From the NCBI GenBank assembly GCA_965153285.1, contig OZ229113.1: a stretch of DNA of 64,000 nt; one strand, written 5' to 3'. Every line of letters begins with the position of its first letter. The stretch's first letter is position 1. The position numbers and the translations under genes were made by a program. Origin of the DNA: Podarcis tiliguerta (taxonomy: Eukaryota). The notes under the pieces were generated by a model. It worked only from the letters and a program-made list of their open reading frames with translations. It searched no databases and had not been told where the DNA came from. Shown one piece after another: positions 49,443 to 62,100 of the stretch.

Positions 49443-52190
49443 CTTCTCTATGCATGCCTGACCTGGCCTTATGAAAATTCCAATTTCATAATATATTGGG
49501 GCAAATTTGTGTTGTGTAAACAATTATAAAAAGCCATATTTAAGTTAATAGCCAACATTTGTCATACTCAGAGTAGACACATTAAAAATATTAGTTACTT
49601 CTCCATTTATTTCAATTTACAATCTAACAGCTAGCTCTATGTAAGCACTGTGTATGACTAGCACTGAATATTGCCCATATTATTTTATAAACAGAAATGA
49701 GCAACAATAATAAGTTTACAAATAATAAGTAGAGGATAGGGGAAGGAAGCAAATTAAAAAAGGGTCAAAATACTAAAACCTTGTAGTTGAAATAAAAAGT
49801 AATCTGCTTTCAAAGAGCAGTTTAGTAGAAGTCTTGAAACAGTACTTTCCCAAGTTTAATATACTGTACATTATTTAGGCGTTGTGGTTGGTTCTGTGGT
49901 GAAGCATGAAACTTCCTAGATAAGATGGAATTAAATTGGGAGCTTGTTATAAATAACATTCCAGTAGGACTAGATAGTAGTCCCCTGATCCTTAAAAAAA
50001 AAAAAAAAATAGAGGGGAAAACCCAACCACTAGTTTTCTGTAAATAAATTCTAGGACCTGTTTTGCTGTCATGACTGCAAAAGCCTCCAAGATGAGTTTG
50101 TGCAGATGTTTTGTCTCATTGTTAATTCCACTAGGCCAATGAACATCCTGTTCAAAAACATAAATCTGTAAGGGCTTTATTTCTGAGGAAATGTTTGTTT
50201 TTTAGTATCCCTGGCATCCAAAACCCTTTTGGGGTCTCATTTGACAATATAGTACACAGTGGTTCAGTTTGGATGCTAAGCAAATAATGGTCGGGTACTA
50301 TGTGAATGAGTTTGTGCACCCCCTCCTCTTCTTGCGCACTCTGTGATTCAGTACGTCCATTCTTGGTTTGCAGCAAACCGTCATTTGTTGTTGCAACCAA
50401 CCTGGCAAAATAATTTGTGCTTGCTGTGCAAACCAAGATCAAACTTGGATTTGCAATCATGGTTTGCAAGGCAAGATCAAAGCCATAGTTTTGTTTTGTT
50501 TTTGCCTCAGATGTAATTACGGACAATGGTTTGCTACAAGCATGGACATGAGGGGAAGATGCAAAGTATGAGGAAGCCTACAAGCCCAAGGCTTATTCCA
50601 AGGCTATGGTGGGGTCTTATGTTTTGAACCAATCCATTGAGAAAGTTGCTTACAAAGTCATGGCAGTTTGTGATGGAACGGTCCTGTGACATCATATTAA
50701 CAAGCACCCAGAAAGTAAGTGTTGTAACTCTCACTGCCGAATTCACATAGGGGAATTCCTTCTTTGAAAAATGCTTCCCCCAGATCTCCCTGCAAATGGT
50801 TGCTTCCTGGTGAAATTTTCTGAGCAAACCACATAAGACAATAGCTCTTGTAGTTCATCATTTAGTTAGCCACATTCTATTGAGTGCAAATAGCACCTTT
50901 AGGAACAAATAACAGCATGGGGGGATTTCTGGTGGGGAACAGAGTAGGGCTGAGAGGGTTAAACCTCCCCTCTCCCCATACCATGTCCCAGTCTGGATCA
51001 GGGTACCCCACAGCTGGTTATTCTAAACAAATAATGTCTAGCTGTAAGCATGCTTTTTAACACATGCTTATTATAATGTGCAGTTTGGCCCTAAATCTAT
51101 GTGTATTGTTGTTTTACATTTTTAAGCAACATCATTGCCTTTAAAACAAGAAAAGCTATAGAGAAAGAATTTTTTTTTTTAATAAGCCTCCCAGGTTTTA
51201 GCTCCTGGAATTAGTTTTCTTTTAGATAAACTTGCAGATGCCAGTGGAATGATTGCATTGCCAATGTTTGTTTTACCCAAGCATGTGGTATCATAGCAGC
51301 CTGTCACTCCCACTAAATGTTTCTACTGATACTGGAAGAAAGCATTTTCCTAAAGCGGGACTGACAAAGATAGGAATTCAGAATTTTAACGGGAGGCAAT
51401 TTAAACATGAAAGCAAACATGCAAGGGAAAATATTATCTCCAAAAGAAATAATGATAAACTAAATTTGCCAAGCTGACAACTCTTTTTTGCACTTCCTAC
51501 ATGTTGAAGGAGCACAGTGAGAGTGTATCCAGGTCTTAAAAACTGTTTGAAATCTGAGGTATTAGAATTACACCATAAGGTTCGTTACTGGCACTGGAGT
51601 AACAACAGCACTTTTCACATGCCGCCTTTCACATATTAGTTATATCAAGTTAATCTTGAATACAGTACCCTTTTCCTTCCTGACTTGGGCTGCAGTTAAA
51701 GCTTTATGCTTTAACTAAATAGCACAGAAGCTCTTACAAATAAAACAAATCCTTGAAACATACGGGTAATTTCCTAAGGACAGGTTTAATGATAAAAATG
51801 TAATTTGATTTTTGCTCTTATCCCTGTACAGTCAACACAGCTCAGAAAACTAGTCTCTATAAACTTCGAAAGTTTGAAACCAAATGAACTGTTTTTCATT
51901 TATTAGCTTCATTGCTTATATAAAGAATGTTATTCAGAAATAATAATAACATGCACACATAGTGTTCTGCTATTAAAAGCCTCTGTCCTGAGTTTACAAA
52001 CTTATTCATAGGAAAAGCTACATGGTACTGAAGTTTGAGATTCAGAAAGAGACTTTCAGGAATGAAGCTTAATGACAGAGAACACTGCTGTGGTAGAAAG
52101 CGGCTTGTTTCTTGGGCATTAGGAATTACGCTCTGCTCTTTCTATAACAGCAGCACACAATTTTGTTTAGCAACAGAGAAGAGTACTTAC

Positions 52191-52420
52191 GCTTCTTGTC
52201 TGTTGAGTAGTTTGGCGGTGTTGCTCTTCACTTTGCAGATTTTATCTGCGACTGTACTGGTGCTTTGCTTTCATTTGACAGCCTGGTTAATCAACAAGAC
52301 CGGGTGGAATGTGTGGTCTTGCACTTACTGTTCTTTTATGTTTTCTGGAGGCTCGCAGCCTGAGCTACCATGACAACCAGGAGAGACGCTTGAGGCCTAC
52401 ACCACTTCATTAATAACTCA
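52191..52420 (-). promoter_or_regulatory. Candidate EPCIP promoter and first non-coding exon with HNF1-like sites
   Basis: Donor AGC|gtaagt at 52190. HNF1-like motifs CTTGTTGATTAACC (about 52285-52298) and GTTATTAATGAAG (52405-52417). Locally non-repetitive with raised CpG. Confidence 0.45.
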
Positions 52421-53589
52421 GTAAAATAAATACCTGGCTTTATTAGCCCCTCTTGCACAGATTGGCAGTTTAAGATTTTGTCTTGGAAATGACAGAAATC
52501 ATACAGGAAGGCATATGTACAGTTGTAAAACAAAATAGCCACAATCTGTAAGATGTCTGTGAAAGAAGAACAGGACACTGAGAGTTCTTCTTTATCTTAA
52601 CACCAAAGGAGCCAACTCCTAGGGGCTAGGGGGAGGGGTGTTTTTGGACCCCACAATAAAATATTTGATGGGGCTGGGCTCCCCCATGTTAATGGGCATT
52701 GCCATTCAAATGTTGTGCATGATCGATTATGCGGGTTGGGGCTTTCCTCGCCCCCCCCCCAATATTTTATTTAAGTTACAGGTTAAGTTAATAGTTACAG
52801 GTTTGGAACAGGTGACAGCAATCAAGGGGCACAGATTGGTGTGGAAGCTGAGGGGCATATATTCAGACTTAATTTGTGAACAGATTTTAACTGTGTTGCA
52901 TATGTAAACTCTCCATAGGTGCTGAGTTGCTGTGTAGAGTACCAACTTTTGGGTACCTGGACCAGGCAACTTTTTGCATGGAAAATGTGCTGGTTATTGT
53001 GTTCAGAATCCCCAGCAATAGGACACATTTTGATGGAAGAAATTTGGTACACTACTTGCTTTCCATGATTTCTGTGGTCACGTACATATGGATAATAAAT
53101 ACTATTTCAGAACATGGGATAATATCCAACAAAATAATTCAGTTAGCTGAAGGATTTCTGTCTGTGCAGTGGAACTTCTCCTCCCTCTTCCTTCCCCTTC
53201 CTTTGCAGCCCTTGCACCCTCCCCAACCTGCTCTGGGGGTTGAGGGAAATCCAGGAACACAGTTTGGGGAGGGGCACGAGGAGAGGGAGGGGAAGTTCTG
53301 TTGCACAGCTAAGGAACTAACTGGTTGGATAATGCCCACAAGGTTTGTTTCCTTACTTGTGGGACTCATGCTGTGGAGATTAGGGTTCCAAATTGCATGA
53401 GAAGCCAGTTTGAGCAGAATAGGCTGTCAGATGCAGGCATTCAGCTCAAATGGGGACTGAAGGGAAGGGCCATGAAGACCACAATCTAGGGGATGGTGCC
53501 AATGAGCATACCCCTGCTCTCTCTCCTCATGTAACTGGAATTACCTGAGGGGGGGGGGAGCTGAGGAATTAGTTGGTATTATTTCTCAT

Positions 53590-53990
53590 GAAACCAAATT
53601 AAAGTGCATAACATTAAAGTGTTGAACACCACATTGAAAACTCTGTGGCACTTGAGATCTGCTTCCAGTTTGATACAGAACCAATTAATGAGTCTTTGTT
53701 GGGTATGGTTGCTCAACCATCTGTGGACCGACCTGAGTATTTTTATACCACATTTTACCATCTTGTCAACAAGCAGATCATGGGATACCTTGTCAAATGC
53801 CTTTTTTTCTGAAATCAAAGTGATCTACCGCACTAATAGCTATCAAAAAAGAGATACAGCTGGCCTAGCATGATGCATTGTTGATAAACTCATGATGGAT
53901 CCTAGAAATCACAACTTTTTTTCTAGATGCTCACAGATGAAAATCACTTAAAAATCTGTTCTATAATTTTGCCCACTTGGGCCAACCTGT
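53590..53990 (-). mobile_element. CR1 LINE RT fragment
   Basis: KAFDKVSHDLLVDKMVKCG...RWLSNHTQQRLIN RT motif. Confidence 0.85.
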
Positions 53991-54227
53991 TTAGAATTTA
54001 CCAACATCAGCCCAACTGGTCTGTAGATTCCCTAATCTGCTATATTTCAGTTGTGAGTCTCATCCCACCTAGTCTCAATGTTACCTATCAGATTAAGTGT
54101 ACAGAAAACTCGGAAGCTTCCAAACTAACCATAGTAAATTAACTACATTATAGGGATAAGAAGATGAGAAGATAAGAAGGTTGGAGAAGAAAAAGTGTAT
54201 TAATTGCATTTGTTATAGGTGGAAATA

Positions 54228-54241
54228 TGCCACCTAGTGGC
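54228..54241 (-). promoter_or_regulatory. CTCF core motif
   Basis: Minus strand GCCACTAGGTGGCA matches CCASYAGRKGGC. Confidence 0.5.
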
Positions 54242-55982
54242 TCAGTATTGTTATGATTAAGTGAAATAGATTTGAAAATTATGCACATACATACATACAA
54301 TCAGTGGACCACATTTTCATATGCATGTGTTATTACTGAAGTAAACAATATACACATTGGGAAGAGATCCGTAATATATCTGGAGAGGAAGTAGATGGTA
54401 CAATACAAATGCAAGACAGCAAGCAATAGGCAGGAACAATAAAGAAAAAGAGCTGATCAACTTTCAGAAGCTTGAAAATTAATAATATCAAAGGTATCAT
54501 CAAGGCTGAAGTGTCCAGAAGGTATAAAAAGATCATGAGTACAATCTACTGGAACATTCTCTTGGGCAAGGCCAACTAAAATGAATGAAACTTGCCCTAC
54601 TTTTGTACAGCTGTTCCCATTCATTTCATGGGAGAACAGGAGATTTTACTTTCCAAAATGCCCACCGAAAGGGAATGTGGTCCGAAGCGGCTCCCAATAG
54701 GCATGAAAGAAGGGTGGGGACATAAATGTACTTAATAGGTAAAATAAATATGCTTTTCACTGTCTATCTGGGAATAATTGCACCTCCGTTTTTCTCCATT
54801 CCAGCAGGTTTCCAGTACATTGCTATATTTGTGTTCATGTTAAACATCAAGCAGTCAATTCTTTTTCATCTTAACATGGAGAGTCCTGCTATTCTTTTAT
54901 TTATTTAGGGCATTTATATGCCTCATTTAGTTCATCATGGGATTCCAGGCAGTGTGCATGAGGTTTGTAGGTCATTTCTCATCCAGCCTTCTCTAAAGAT
55001 AGTTATGCCACATGTCCTTAGACCACACAGATAATGGTGTTGCTCTATACAGGCCTCATTTAAGCTACAATATTTAAGAGGAATGCCCATTCCCACAAAA
55101 CCAATTTTGGAGGAAATATCAGGCTAGAGAAGTTAAATCCTATGCACGCTTACTATGTGTTCCACAGAAATAAGAGGCATTACTTCTGAGTATACATATG
55201 CTGCAGATTTTGCTACTGGGTAGAGCAGGAACAGGCTAATCTGTTTTTCTTAAGGACTTTTAAAAAGAAGAGAATGTCCGGAACTTAAATGCTTTAAATA
55301 ATGGTTTCTAGATTTCATTTGGCATGGCATCCTGGCATACATCATACTGCTAGGTTGGGTTTCTTTTGTAGTTTTACTGTGAAGTTTTCCCATGCTTTGA
55401 AAAACAATTTAGTGTGAAAGAATCCACGTACAATAAGAAAATGATTGAATGATCCTGCAGAACCAGTTAATACTGGCTGTACAGAACAAGCTGCCAAATA
55501 TGCAAAGTGAGCAGAGAGGAAAAAGGAAACGGAATATTTATATTTTTCTCTAATCCCTTTCTAGGTACAGAGATCTTCATTTACTGTATACGATCACTGC
55601 TTAATCCATACAGTGGCTTAATCCATCTCAAATCCAGGAATGGATTCTTCACTTGTATCATTCAATTGAAAATACTTTAGAAAAATCAAATCAAATATAA
55701 TAATGTATTATGGACAACACTGATTTCTCAGTTAGAAAAAAATTACCTTCCCCTCTCAGTTTTCTTATAATGTCTCTCTCAGCCACACCAGCAGATTTGT
55801 TCAGGAGAAGGCAGATAGACAAGCAGACTCTCACCACCTTTTCAACAGACTTAAAAAAGGCATGAACAGAATGTGGGGTTGGTTACATAGTTAAAATGAC
55901 TGTCACAATATAAAATGGCTTAGGCCAGTCATTCTGAGGTGTGCAGGGATGGAAAACCTCAAAGTAGTGCAATGAGACAAAC

Positions 55983-56296
55983 ATATAGTCTTACTATCAT
56001 AAATGAAGAGTAAGTTACAATCATTATGTCACGTGGAGTTCTGAGCTACAAGTTTGGAACCAAGCCACGAAGGAGATTTTGAGAGAAAAGCAGAAATTGG
56101 AAGGAACCCTATGAAAAAAGAGGGGAAAGAGTATGTGAGTGATACTTGTGAGATATTAATGCCAGCTGGCTTGGGGTTCCACAAGGTGGCAGAATTTCTC
56201 TCAAAATCTCCTTCACATATTGGTTCCAAAGGTGTAGCTCAGAGCTCCTTGTGATGCAATGACTGTAGTTTACTATGTATGCTAGTATGAGTATAT
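55983..56296. repeat. Long imperfect inverted repeat (arms about 105 bp, spacer about 105 bp)
   Basis: ctgagctaca..tttggaaccaa..gaaggagattttgagagaaa is mirrored by tttctctcaaaatctccttc..ttggttccaaa..tgtagctcag. Confidence 0.9.
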
Positions 56297-57933
56297 AATT
56301 AAATTACAAGAAATACCAGACATGCTGTGTTGTACAGTAAAAGTAGACAGAAGTAACTTAAGCTTCAGTCTTATGCACACAAACCTGGGATTATGTCCTA
56401 TTAAACTCAGTGAGGGTTTTTTTAACTTCTGAGTAGAGATGGATAGGATTGCACTGAAATTTGTGTGCTATGTCACAGGAAATGTTATTTCATATTTCCT
56501 TATGTTATTGTTTTCCATGATACCAAGGAGATTCTTTTGAGGGCTGAAGCCTATACCCACTTATTTGACAGTAAGCCCGTGTGAACTGTATCCTCCAGAC
56601 AAAACATAACAAACAATACAGTCAAGTCACACTTTTGTAGACTAGATAGTTGCTTTGGTCACCTGTAGATACTCTATTATAGCGTGGGAATGCAATTAAG
56701 TTGCTAAATAAATCAATGACACAACTACTAGTATATTTGTGATATACTTTGCAGGTTGGCTTGAAATAGAAGTATGCTAGAACATTCAAAGAGAAAGTGT
56801 TTCCTATCAAATCCTCTTGAAATCAGTATGTGAAATAAAGGTGATGTATACTGTTTTAAGTAAATAAATTGTGAATCACTGGGCAACGACTGGCTCTTTC
56901 TATTTTTGTACAGTGCCTAGCACATATTAGATGGGTCGCGCCACAGGTTCAAACAGAAGAGTAGCACCAGATGTTAAAGGCACCTAACAGATGCCATTGA
57001 GCAACTGTAGATATGTTCCACCTCTGTCATTCAGGAGAAGGTCCCTGGGGTTTAGGGACACCCTGGGGACAAAGATTTATTTGACCAGATGGAGACAATA
57101 GGGAGAATTAATTCATTTGTGTTTGTTGAATAAGGCATATCATTGATCAGTTGTGAGACTCCAGTAGCGTTTAAGACAAAGTTTAGGTTATGGTGCAGTT
57201 TCTGTGACATTATGCTGTTTGTACAAATTGTCAACACGATGCAGTATTACGTATACCCTTTTTACAAATGTGGTATGTGTATTTAACTTGGATTTTTATA
57301 ATAGGCAGCAATCACAATGGGGTGACAATAGGGCTAAACCAAATTTGATAATATTATTAGCCCCCCAGCAAGTTATAATACATAAACTCCCAATCTATGG
57401 ATCACTATCAATTGCAGCAATTATTGCCAAATCCTAGCCATGCCTAATTATATTGAATTAAATGGGGCTTACTCTCAGGTAAGTAGGAGTAGCCTTGCAG
57501 CCTTAGACCCTGATCAAATGTGTGATTTTACAGAGGTGTCTTTAACCAGATGCCTAAAGCAAACTAACTTTAAACCTAAAGTAGAGGGCCAATATAGGCA
57601 TTACCATAGATACACAGTAAACTCCAATGTAGATAAGCCTTTAAATGAATGTTATGTGTACCGTTTGTGTTCTCATTTAATTTGCCCAGTCCACATAACA
57701 TAACCCTCAAGCACCAGCCACCACAATGCCTTCCTCCTGTAAATTTGGGTTTACCCATTATGTAGATAATCTGATAAACTTTGCCCACTGCATAAACCAC
57801 TGCACTTGAGGTTGCAGACTGTTTGTTTCAGTGTTTGGGGATGGGTGAATTAATTGTCACTTTCTGCTACTACCATTTCCATGCCCACTACTTCCTGAAA
57901 GCTTTCATTTCTTTTCCAACATGCTTCTAACTA

Positions 57934-58102
57934 CCGTATTTTTCGCTCTATAACACGCACCCGACCATAACACGCACGTAGTTTTTAGAGGAGGAAAATC
58001 CGTAGGCATGCCACCCGTAGGCATTCCCTCCATAACATGCGCAGACATTTCCCCTTACTTTCTAGGAGGAAAAAAGTGAGTGTTATGGTGCAAAAAATAC
58101 GG
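57934..58102. mobile_element. Tc1/mariner (Tc2/pogo-like) MITE
   Basis: TIRs CCGTATTTTT / AAAAATACGG with TA TSDs. Internal cataacacgcac repeats. Confidence 0.85.
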
Positions 58103-58492
58103 TATTTCTAAATGTACCGCTGAATGGAGGATCCTTTTGAACCCTCAGGTTTGCACCAAACCAGAAAACTGCATAAGCAAACTTTAAAAACTTTTTTTAA
58201 AAACTTCCACCCCATGTATATTGAAGAACAATCTGAAATGTGTGTGTTAGGAATTTATAATTGCTTTCATTTATTTTTCCAGTGAGCTAGTAAGGCCATG
58301 ACAGGAGCACACCCCTCTTTTGATCTCTCAGATTTTCACAAAGCCATAAAACCACACAAGCAAATTTACAATTGCCCAACTGGGTACTTTTGCACACTTC
58401 TTGGGCAGGGATTTATATATACACACACACATATATAAACAAGGTGCACACAACTTTCTGTGTGCATGCCCTGTCGGGACCTACTAGTATGT

Positions 58493-59164
58493 GGTATCAG
58501 CACAATGGGGTGAGCTCCCATTGCTCTGTCCCAGCTCCTGCCAACCTAGCAGTTCGAAAGCATAGCAGCACAAGTAGATAAATAGGTACCGCTGAGGCGG
58601 GAAGGTAAACGGCTCTGGCACTTGTCATAGTGTCCTGTTGTGCCAGAAGCGGTTTAGTCACGCTGGCCACAAGACCCAGAAAAGTTGTCTGCGGACAAAT
58701 GCCAGCTCCCTCGGCCTGAAAGTGGAGATGAGCACCACACCCCCTAGTCAAATTTGACTGGAGTTAACTGTCCAGGGGACGCAGGTGGTGCTGTGGGTTA
58801 AACCACAGAGCCTAGGACTTGCCAATCAGAAGGTCAGCGGTTTGAATCCCCGTGACAGGGTGAGCTCCCGTTGCTCGGTCCCTGCTCCTGCCAACCTAGC
58901 AGTTCGAAAGCACGTCAAAGTGCAAGTAGATAAATAGATACCGCTCCGGCGGGAAGGTAAATGGTGTTTCCGTGTGCTGCTCTGGTTCGCCAGAAGCAGC
59001 TTAGTCATGCTGGCCACACGACCCGGAAGCTATACGCCGGCACCCTTGGCCAGTAAAGCGAGATGAGCGCCGCAAACCCAGAGTCGGCCATGACTGGACC
59101 TAATGGTCAGGAGTCCCTTTACCTTTACCTTTAACTGTCCAGGGGTCCTTTACCTTCACCTTTC
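58493..59164 (+). mobile_element. 5'-truncated Sauria SINE hosting a nested SINE
   Basis: Sauria body and (ACCTTT) tail. 13-bp TSD cctactagtatgt (58480-92, 59165-77). Confidence 0.9.
58776..59130 (+). mobile_element. Full-length Sauria SINE nested in another Sauria SINE
   Basis: GGGACGCAGGTGG head and ACCTTT tail. TSD ttaactgtccag (58764-75, 59131-42). Confidence 0.93.
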
Positions 59165-62100
59165 CCTACTAGTATGTACTGGAAATACCAAAGTTGCTAC
59201 TCATAGTTACTACAAATTCGAATATGTGTGGGTGTAGTCTACTCTGGCTAAATCTGAATGGGGAGGGGGAATGGTTTAACACCTAAATAATGCTCAAATG
59301 TGGACAAGTCCACAGGCTAATAGGAAGACGTGGTGCTCAAGCTATTTCTCTGAAGTATGAATTGGAGGATCTATTGTTTATGTTGGTGGGATTGTAGGGT
59401 GAATTTAGGGCACCAAGGAGGAGTAGGCAGAAAATTAGAACAGCTCTATGGTGAATGGCACCTCTGATCCCTGCCATGCATAACTATGGCACTGAGGTGC
59501 CAGAGTAGTTAAACTATTAATTGTCTGACAATTAGAAAAATGGCTGTAATGGCAACATAATATCTACAGATGGCACTATTTGACTTCCCTTGCTTTAGTA
59601 AGACAGCTATGCAAATTTACTCAGAAGTAAGTCCCACTTTGTTCAGGGGAGCTTACTCCCAGGTATGCCCATCTAGAATTGCAACTTAAAAGAAATTTGT
59701 CTGTAGCATCCCTTTGTTAGATTTCAGGAAAAAAGTAGAAAGTTAATCTATATATTATTTAGATTCCCCCCCCCTTAAAAACCAGTAGTAAATACGTACA
59801 CTTAATGACAAGAAATAGAATGTACACATTTTTCATGTACCCAACAAGGCACTGAGTAAATATGATAAGATAGGAAGATGCTGTTTTGGAAATAATATTA
59901 GGAAAATATTTTGTCAACCGCTAGGGTTGGGTTTTTTTGGTTTGGTTTTTTAATGACACTGAGAACTCACATAAGAACTCCAGGGAAAATGTAACTATGA
60001 ATAAACTATGAAAATGCAATAGGAAGAAGAGACCGACTGTTAATTTCATGCCTGAATCAGGATGGTACCCACTATCAAATTGTAACAGAACAAAACAAAG
60101 AAATAAATTCTAATGTGCTTCTTTATAATGAAGAAAATGAAGGTTAGGTTATGCTACATTTCAGAAAATTAAATTTGAGCTAGAGAAAGTGCTCTTACAA
60201 AGGAAAGTGGGTTGAAAAAGGTTTTGAAAGTACTTGACTTCTGGATGGAAAGGAACAGAGGAGAAAATGAAGCATTCAGGCCTTCTTTTACAACTAAAAG
60301 TTTAGTTAGCATAGTTTATGGAAGATGTGTGGGTTTTTTAATCTGCTTGGTTTATGATGTATTGAACCATGTTACTTCTGTTGTGTTGAAAAAGTTAGCA
60401 ACAGCAATAATAATGATGATATCACCTAAATTTAATTCTGTATAGCTCCCACTACTTCCCCCATTTATTTATATAGATAATTCCATATTGAATAATATTA
60501 AAGTTATAAACTGTGTGTATATAACACACACACTCTCTCTTTAATGTTTTCATTTTTAAACATGCATTAATTGACTTAAGAAAAGAGCCAAAAGAATTAT
60601 AATGAAGTTTAAAATTGTTGCGAGTAACAAAGGCTTTGAAGATTTGTAAAAAAAGAAAAAGATGATTTGTAAACATTCAAAGAACTTCCATTTCTCTTGC
60701 ATGGAGTAATGGTCCCCCCCCCCCCAATGTTTTATTCAAGTAGGCACCCTTGTGTGGAACTATAAAGATTAACCAGTTCCAATGTATGGCTTCATGGAAG
60801 CTTATTCCAAAATAATCTTGTTAGTCTTTTAAGATGTCACAAGACATCTTGTTTATGTTGTAACAGACAAACATGGCTTCCCCTCTGGAAACGGCTTTGG
60901 GCAAGGGGTATAAAAGTTGTGGCCTTTCGATGTCGCTGGAGTACAGCTGATCGTCCCTCAGCATTGGTCATGCTGGCTGGGGCTGTTGGGAGATGGAGTC
61001 CGGCAACATCTGTAGGGCCACAGGTTCTTCATTAGTGGCTTAGAAATGTGTGTATGAGAGTGACAAAAGTAGTCAACCTGCCTTCTAGGTAGGAAAAATG
61101 GAGGAACATATAATTCCAAGGGTAATACAGTTCACAATTAGCACTCCTTTGATAGGGTTACAACTTCATGAAGGTGTGCATCTAATTATTACAATCAGAT
61201 ATCAATTAACATACAACTACTCATCAGTGTTCCAATTGCTGACACACAATTGTACTTCTAGTATGCATCCAAGCATATGTCCAATCAGTGCTTGCTTGCA
61301 TCTCAATGGTGTGCACCATTATTTAGATACTGAAATGAATGTGTGTGTGTGTGTTCAGATATAATAACATAAACAAAGTTACAAGTCATGACCAACGTAT
61401 GAAAGGAAGAAGGAATCAAGATAAGATTGACTTTGTTGTGCAGGAGTTATACATGATATCTTTTGAACTTGGGTGCAGACATCCAAGTGCAATATTCACA
61501 TACATTTCATCAGTTGAGAGTGGTGAATGGACTTCTTAATTCTACCACCCTTCTTGGATTAATATATTAAAATGCAGATTAGAGTAGAACCAAGCTAACT
61601 TTACTACAAATTCTGTTGTGAAATGTAAGGATTTATACATGTCAAAAAAAAACATTTAAAAGTCTCGGAGAGTAAAGAGTGAATATAATTCAGGTGGAAG
61701 AATGGAATCTGCAGGTGGTATATTTTTCCTTAGTTTTTTACTACTCTAAGTTCAACACTAGATCAGATTACACTACCTCATTTTCTTTGCAACCTTGCAA
61801 CCCTTTCTGTAATATTCTACACTTACATATAGCTGCTGCGATTTATTTTATATTTATTAATAAAATTGTCTCTTTTTTAAATCTTTATGGGCCAAAATAA
61901 CCCTGCAGGAAAACTCTTATGTAACCTAAATTTCAGTGGTGTTTTTTCTTTTAAGATTCCTAAGAATATAGCTAGTTAAGGTTGCAGAAGATCCATGATC
62001 AGATCTCCCGCTTATTTTTTTAAGAGATAAAACATGCAGATATGTGAATGCATTGCTCCTTGCAGCAAAAGAATTGACCCAAGGGAGTGTGAACGAGTTC

